Below, one piece after another: positions 59,335-64,000 of a DNA stretch of 64,000 nucleotides. The DNA comes from Thermodesulfobacteriota bacterium. Lineage in GTDB: Bacteria > Desulfobacterota_D > UBA1144 > Nemesobacterales > Mycalebacteriaceae. The stretch lies in NCBI GenBank assembly GCA_965205855.1, contig OZ242184.1, positions 1,280,001 through 1,344,000 of the forward strand. The letters are read 5' to 3'. Each line of letters starts with the position of its first letter. Position 1 is the stretch's first letter. The position numbers and the translations under genes are program-made. The notes beneath the pieces were generated by a model. It was given only the letters and a program-made list of their open reading frames with translations. It searched no databases and was not told the origin of the DNA.

Positions 59335-59784
59335 TTACTTCCCGCCTTCCTTTCTTTGCACAAGAATCACCCATTTGCCCTTCTGGACAACATCGCCATC
59401 CTGATTTACAACATCAAGTTCCCAAATCAAAAAGCCCATGTTGGGTCTTTTGTGCTCGCGTTTTTCGGCAAGGCGGCGTTTTATTTTGATTGTGTCGCCG
59501 AACTTGACCGCGCCGGAAAAGCGCCAGTCCTCAAGCCCCATAAACGCTATTGTGGCGAGTCTGGGCATTGTGAACCAAAGCCCGGATGAGATTGAAAGAA
59601 CACACAAGCCGTGCGCGACACGGGTTTTGAAAACGGTGTTTTTCGCAAACTCCTCGTCTATGTGCATATTGTTGAAATCGGCGGAAAGGCCCGCAAAATT
59701 CATAACATCGGCTTCCGTAACCGTTCTTCCGGTGCTTTCATGCTCTTCACCGACTTCTATGTCTTCATAAAAGATCTTTGACAT
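59335..59784 (-). CDS. MaoC-like (R)-specific enoyl-CoA hydratase
   Basis: RTVTEAD, DFNNMH (DxxxxH dyad), RVAHG, F...V..GDT. Confidence 0.88.
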   Translation of the reverse strand: MSKIFYEDIEVGEEHESTGRTVTEADVMNFAGLSADFNNMHIDEEFAKNTVFKTRVAHGLCVLSISSGLWFTMPRLATIAFMGLEDWRFSGAVKFGDTIKIKRRLAEKREHKRPNMGFLIWELDVVNQDGDVVQKGKWVILVQRKEGGK

Positions 59785-59804
59785 GACGTTTATACCTCCT
59801 GTGT

Positions 59805-60227
59805 TTATCCGGAAACCGGGCGAAACTTCGGAAGGGTTACCTCATCGGTAACATCGTCAAAAACAACCTCAACTTCCATCCCGATTTTGACATCGTTAAC
59901 ATCGCACTCAACAACGTTGGACATCATCTTCACTCCCTCGTCCAGCTCTATGAGCGCGACAACATAAGCGCCGTCCTCTTTGTATGCTTTTGTGGGTCCC
60001 ATGTGGTGAATGGAAAATGTCCACACCTTTCCTCTTCCCGGAGATTTCACCCACTCAATGTCGGCGCTCATATCATCCCCCGGGGAGAACGCCCGCGGGT
60101 AAAAGAAAAACTCCCCGCTCTGCTTTGATTTAGGAAGCATAAGCGCGTGCTTTCTGCATCCATCCCAGTAGGGTTTTGTTTCCGGACGAAACTCTGGAAG
60201 CGGTTTTGCATATTTGTTTTCAGACAT
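59805..60227 (-). CDS. DUF35 OB-fold protein (ChsH2 C-terminal-like) without Zn-ribbon cysteines
   Basis: PYW.G, FYPR, GRGKVWTF, IELDEGVKM, IGMEVEV.F, LPKFRP. Confidence 0.88.
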   Translation of the reverse strand: MSENKYAKPLPEFRPETKPYWDGCRKHALMLPKSKQSGEFFFYPRAFSPGDDMSADIEWVKSPGRGKVWTFSIHHMGPTKAYKEDGAYVVALIELDEGVKMMSNVVECDVNDVKIGMEVEVVFDDVTDEVTLPKFRPVSG

Positions 60228-60263
60228 TTTTCAAATTCCTCCTGATTAGTAAAAACACCCCTG

Positions 60264-61472
60264 TCAGTTGAGCGGCTGATTGCCCAAAAGTATGGTGCTG
60301 TGAGCGGAAACAATACCGCCGTTGCCGTGAACAAGCGCGACTTCCGCGCCGTCAATCTGCCTCTTGCCCGCCGCGCCGCGAAGTTGAAGGGTCGCCTCAA
60401 CAACATGGTGCATCGCGCCGAGGTGTGCCTGAGAGAGAAGACCCCCGTGCGTGTTGACCGGCAGGTCTTTTCCTTTTTCCATTCTGCCTTCAAGTGCAAA
60501 AGGCCCGCCCTCTCCGGGTTTGACAAATCCGAGACCTTCAAGTTCAAGAAGAACCGTTATCGTAAAGCAGTCGTAAAGAAAGGCGACATCAACATCACCG
60601 GTGCCTACCCCCGCCGTGCCGAACGCTTTGTCGCCGGAAGTTTTGACCGCATTGTATATCTGGCCGAGGTCGTGAAGCGTGGTCAGATACTGGTGAGAAT
60701 ACCCCTGTCCCATTCCCCACATATAGGCGAGTTTGTTCTGTATGCCGAGCTCCTTCGCCTTGTCTTCGGTGGTAACGATAAAAGCGCAACCGCCGTCCGA
60801 GATAATTGAGCAATCATACTTTGTCAGCGGCTCCGCTATGACGCGCGACTCAAGAACGTCCTCAATGGAAAGGGGCTCTTTGTTCATGGCGTTTTCCTTG
60901 TCCGCCGCGTGTTTTCTCATTGTTGTGGCAACCGCCGCGAGATGCTCCCTGCTGTTGCCGTATTCGTGCAGATACCTCTGTGCCGCAAGCGCGTATCCGC
61001 CCGGTGTCGTAAGCCCGTATGGAAACTCAAACTCCGCGTGGCACATCTCTCTTACAAGAGCGAGCATTCCCGAAGACGATATTCCCGAAAGGGTGTTGTC
61101 TCCCCTTACGCACAGGACAACCTCCGCCTGACCCGAAGCGATTGCCATTGCCGCCTCCGCAGCCATCCAGACGGCAGTTGAGCCGCCAACGGCTATTGAA
61201 GAAAAGAATTTCGGGTTCATGCCGAAGTAGTCGGCAAAAGTGGTGCAATGCATAAAGGTCTGTTCCACAAGCGAAAACGCCGTTACAAGACCGTCAACAT
61301 CATTTTTTTTAATTCCGGCGTCTTCTATTGCGAGTTTTGACGCCTCCGAGAGAAAATGGAATGAACTTTTGTCGGGAATTTTTCCCTGTTCCGTCTCGCC
61401 GACTCCAGCGATGACAATTTTGTGTTTTTTAAGAACCTCACGGGCTTCTTTCATACCGAGTTCCGCACTCAT
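60264..61472 (-). CDS. SCP2-type thiolase superfamily protein, Ltp2-like
   Basis: IAGVGET, DCSIISDG, YDCFT, NTHGGLLS; Gly in place of the catalytic Cys (AVGGST). Confidence 0.85.
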   Translation of the reverse strand: MSAELGMKEAREVLKKHKIVIAGVGETEQGKIPDKSSFHFLSEASKLAIEDAGIKKNDVDGLVTAFSLVEQTFMHCTTFADYFGMNPKFFSSIAVGGSTAVWMAAEAAMAIASGQAEVVLCVRGDNTLSGISSSGMLALVREMCHAEFEFPYGLTTPGGYALAAQRYLHEYGNSREHLAAVATTMRKHAADKENAMNKEPLSIEDVLESRVIAEPLTKYDCSIISDGGCAFIVTTEDKAKELGIQNKLAYMWGMGQGYSHQYLTTLHDLGQIYNAVKTSGDKAFGTAGVGTGDVDVAFLYDCFTITVLLELEGLGFVKPGEGGPFALEGRMEKGKDLPVNTHGGLLSQAHLGAMHHVVEATLQLRGAAGKRQIDGAEVALVHGNGGIVSAHSTILLGNQPLN

Positions 61473-61509
61473 AACTCTACTCCCCCTTGTTTTGAATAAG
61501 CAGTTTTTT

Positions 61510-61537
61510 ATACTACAATGGACGCAATGAATGTCAA
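61510..61537 (-). promoter_or_regulatory. Candidate sigma70 promoter of the thiolase operon
   Basis: TTGACA-16 nt-TAGTAT on the minus strand. Confidence 0.5.
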
Positions 61538-61558
61538 ACAAACGGGAGAACGCGCAAA

Positions 61559-61843
61559 ATGGCTGTTATGAACAGACTTGAAGTTCAAAAGCGGATAAAG
61601 AAACTGAGCGGCGAATGGAAAGCCGGCAAAACAAGCATTTACTCGAATTTCACTCTGGGTAACTTCTCCGAAGCCCTCGCCTTTGTAACCCGTGTGGGAA
61701 TTGAGGCGGAAAAGGCAAACCACCACCCGGACATCCTTATGCACGGCTGGAAGAAGGTTAAAATCACGCTTTCCACTCACAGCGAGGGCGGGGTTACAAA
61801 AAAAGACTTCGCGCTTGCGGAGAAAATATCAAAACTGTTGTGA
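61559..61843 (+). CDS. phhB: Pterin-4a-carbinolamine dehydratase
   Basis: AEKANHHPD, LSTHSEGGVT.KD..LA. Confidence 0.92.
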   Translation: MAVMNRLEVQKRIKKLSGEWKAGKTSIYSNFTLGNFSEALAFVTRVGIEAEKANHHPDILMHGWKKVKITLSTHSEGGVTKKDFALAEKISKLL

Positions 61844-61848
61844 CAGAG

Positions 61849-62138
61849 GGCAAATAAAGCTTTCATCGGTAAACTATGTATCAATAACGGTGACAACCAT
61901 AGCGACGTTTGCGCTCGGCGCAGTCTGGTATAACTGGGGCCCGGTTTGAAGTTTAAAACTATCAGAGATGCCTTCAAAACTGAGTTTCCTCATCGGAGCG
62001 GTGGTAAGAGCGGTAATAGTAAAACACCACTGGGGTGGGCTTCTGAAAATTGCAACCGCGATTGATGTGGGTTATTCGTATGTGAGCGTTTTGATTTTCT
62101 CACTGTTTGCGTGTTTGTGGGGCAAAGCCTCCACCTGA
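61849..62138 (+). pseudogene. DUF1761-like membrane protein pseudogene
   Basis: VNYVSITVTTIATFALGAVWY, then a stop at 61947, then IRDAFK and a frameshift to LSFLIG...IDVGYSYVSVLIF...W*; no start codon. Confidence 0.6.
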
Positions 62139-62154
62139 TCCGCCGCAATACGAT

Positions 62155-62455
62155 ATGGTCGTTTTAAGTTTTATTATTTTTATGGCGCTTTTCCTCGGGA
62201 TAGGTCTGTTTGTGTACCTGCGCTCAAAAAACAGCGATAACGACTACTTGCTTGCGGACAGGTAGATGCCGCCTTCCCTTACCGCTCTGCCGGCCGCCTC
62301 AACCAGCCACAGCGGTTTCCGGTTCACGACGATGATAGGTTTTGTCTAAGGAGTTTATCCGAAAGTGCGCGAAATTTCGGAAGCCGGAGTTCAGGCACCT
62401 TTTCAGACCTCCTCGCACGCTGGACGGGCGAACGATATGCCCTATTTGCAAGAGA
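62155..62455 (+). pseudogene. Sodium:solute symporter (PutP-like) 5' fragment
   Basis: MVVLSFIIF...IGL...DYLLADR*MPPSLTALPAASTSHSGF...IGFV*, then VYPKVREIS and TFSDLLARW in a shifted frame; stops at 62263 and 62347. Confidence 0.7.
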
Positions 62456-62557
62456 ATTGGTGAAAACTTCTCTGAGCAAAAGAAACTGTACTACAGTTTG
62501 ACCTTGTTTATCCTATCCATCAATAAGCCACAATCTATGGATGGGAAATAAAAAAAC

Positions 62558-64000
62558 CTAACTACCGCAACACTTCTTAAACTTCTTCCCGCTCCCGCAC
62601 GGGCACGGGTCGTTTCTGCCAACTTTTTTCTCCACTCTGCGCACTGGAGTAGCGACCTGCGGAGCGGATGGAATAGCGGATTCTCCCATCCCGCCGGATG
62701 ACAACACCAAATCCTGCGGCTCCGGTATCTGGTCTTCAAGGGTCGGGATTTCCTCACTTGCCAGCTGGACACTGAAAAACTTGGAGCAAATCTCCTCTTC
62801 GTAGGTGTCAATCAGGGTTGAAAACATATCAAAACCATCGTTTTTATACTCGTAAAGCGGGTCTTTCTGAGCATAGCCACGAAGCCCTATTCCCTCTCTC
62901 AAGTGGTCCATTGCAAGCAGGTGGTCTTTCCACAGATAGTCAATGGTTTGAAGCATTATGAATTTTTTTATATCTATAATGTTTTCCGCGCCTATGTCGG
63001 CTTCTTTTTCCGCATAACGTTCCATCACCAGATATTCAAGATTGCTCGACGGCCGCTTTTCGCCGAAATTAAAAATGCTCTGCGCCTCTTTTATTACGGC
63101 TTCAGAGTCCTTTCCGGCGGCGGATATTTCCGCGGACAGGTCTTCGGAGAGTTTTTTCACTATTGAAAGAAAATTCTCTTTAAGCGCTTCGCCGCCTTCA
63201 AGAATTTCCCGGCGCATTTTGTAAACGACTTCTCTCTGAGTGTTCAGCACATCATCGTAATCAAGCAGGTGCTTTCTTATGTCAAAGTTGCGGCTTTCCA
63301 CCTTCTTCTGCGCGGACTCTATAACGCGGGTCATCATCCCGTGCTCCATCGGAACGCCCTCCTCCCAGCCGACCATATCCATGATTGAAGAAATCCTTTC
63401 GGACGCGAAAATCCTCATAAGCGGGTCTTCAAGCGATATGTAGAAACGCGAAGAACCGGGGTCTCCCTGACGCCCCGAACGGCCTCTGAGCTGGTTGTCT
63501 ATACGCCTTGACTCGTGCCTTTCCGAGCCGATTATGTGAAGTCCGCCGAGATCAACAACTTCTTTCCTTCCGGCTTCGGCGACCGTCTGGGCTTCGGCAA
63601 TGGATTTCTCCCGTTCGTCTTCCCCGCCGTTTTTCACCATATCTGCCGCGAGAAACTCCGGATTTCCGCCAAGCACAATGTCGGTGCCGCGTCCTGCCAT
63701 GTTGGTTGCAATCGTAACCGCGCCCTTCCTTCCCGCCTGCGCCACAATCTCCGCCTCTTTCGCGTGGTTTTTCGCATTCAGAACCTTATGCGCAATTTCG
63801 TGTTTGCTGAGATGTCCCGATATTTTCTCCGACTGCTCAATGGAAGTCGTCCCGACAAGAACAGGCCTGCCGAGCGCGTTCAACTCCCTGATTTCAGAGC
63901 ATATAGCCTCCGTTTTTTCACTATCGGTTTTATAGATCACATCGTCAGAATCGTCTCTCACCATATCCTTGTGTGTCGGAATGACCGTAACATTTAGTTT
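62558..64000 (-). CDS. secA: Preprotein translocase SecA (3' part, runs off the window)
   Basis: ATNMAGRGTDI, ERHESRRIDNQLRGRSGRQGDPG, GRNDPCPCGSGKKFKKCCG. Confidence 0.98.
   Translation of the reverse strand, partial: KLNVTVIPTHKDMVRDDSDDVIYKTDSEKTEAICSEIRELNALGRPVLVGTTSIEQSEKISGHLSKHEIAHKVLNAKNHAKEAEIVAQAGRKGAVTIATNMAGRGTDIVLGGNPEFLAADMVKNGGEDEREKSIAEAQTVAEAGRKEVVDLGGLHIIGSERHESRRIDNQLRGRSGRQGDPGSSRFYISLEDPLMRIFASERISSIMDMVGWEEGVPMEHGMMTRVIESAQKKVESRNFDIRKHLLDYDDVLNTQREVVYKMRREILEGGEALKENFLSIVKKLSEDLSAEISAAGKDSEAVIKEAQSIFNFGEKRPSSNLEYLVMERYAEKEADIGAENIIDIKKFIMLQTIDYLWKDHLLAMDHLREGIGLRGYAQKDPLYEYKNDGFDMFSTLIDTYEEEICSKFFSVQLASEEIPTLEDQIPEPQDLVLSSGGMGESAIPSAPQVATPVRRVEKKVGRNDPCPCGSGKKFKKCCGS

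Noticed and set aside
62117-62150. GGGGCAAAGCCTCC resembling part of a c-di-GMP-I riboswitch
   Set aside because: The upstream GAAA-capped stem and downstream pairing are missing; the sequence is explained as the DUF1761-like C-terminus (WGKAST*).
1-64000. CRISPR arrays, integrases, transposases, prophage genes, att repeats at the tRNAs or island edges
   Set aside because: None seen by eye; short or degenerate repeats could have been missed without computation.

Overview
Bacterial chromosomal window made up mostly of intact core genes: priA, glnE, carD, an orphan nuoF, tRNA-Gln/ispE, a four-gene cobalamin module directly behind tRNA-Glu, a dcw cluster (rsmH to ftsZ, without mraZ or ddl), murJ, aroQ, recJ, trkAH, ribF, aroE, purU, oadGAB, rpmH-rnpA-yidD-yidC-jag, a sirtuin and the 3' part of secA. 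The protein style suggests a deltaproteobacteria-like lineage, possibly Dadabacteria (inference only). Three visibly AT-richer defence inserts interrupt the core. (1) 1-1095: a frameshifted NucS-like PD-(D/E)xK nuclease with winged-helix-like repeats. (2) 33406-36966: an intact fused restriction-methylase plus specificity subunit. (3) 46700-50859: a decaying island with two different GHKL/MORC-type ATPases, a C5-cytosine methylase remnant, a Ymh/HEPN-like domain cut off by a 1-nt frameshift, and vsr. The third island is the best candidate for a poorly described system. Other notable items: a Cys-less thiolase/Zn-less DUF35/MaoC operon resembling steroid side-chain aldolase modules, two unannotated pseudogenes (DUF1761-like and putP-like) near 61850-62455, and two candidate CTG start codons. 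All calls come from motif recognition; no database searches were run.
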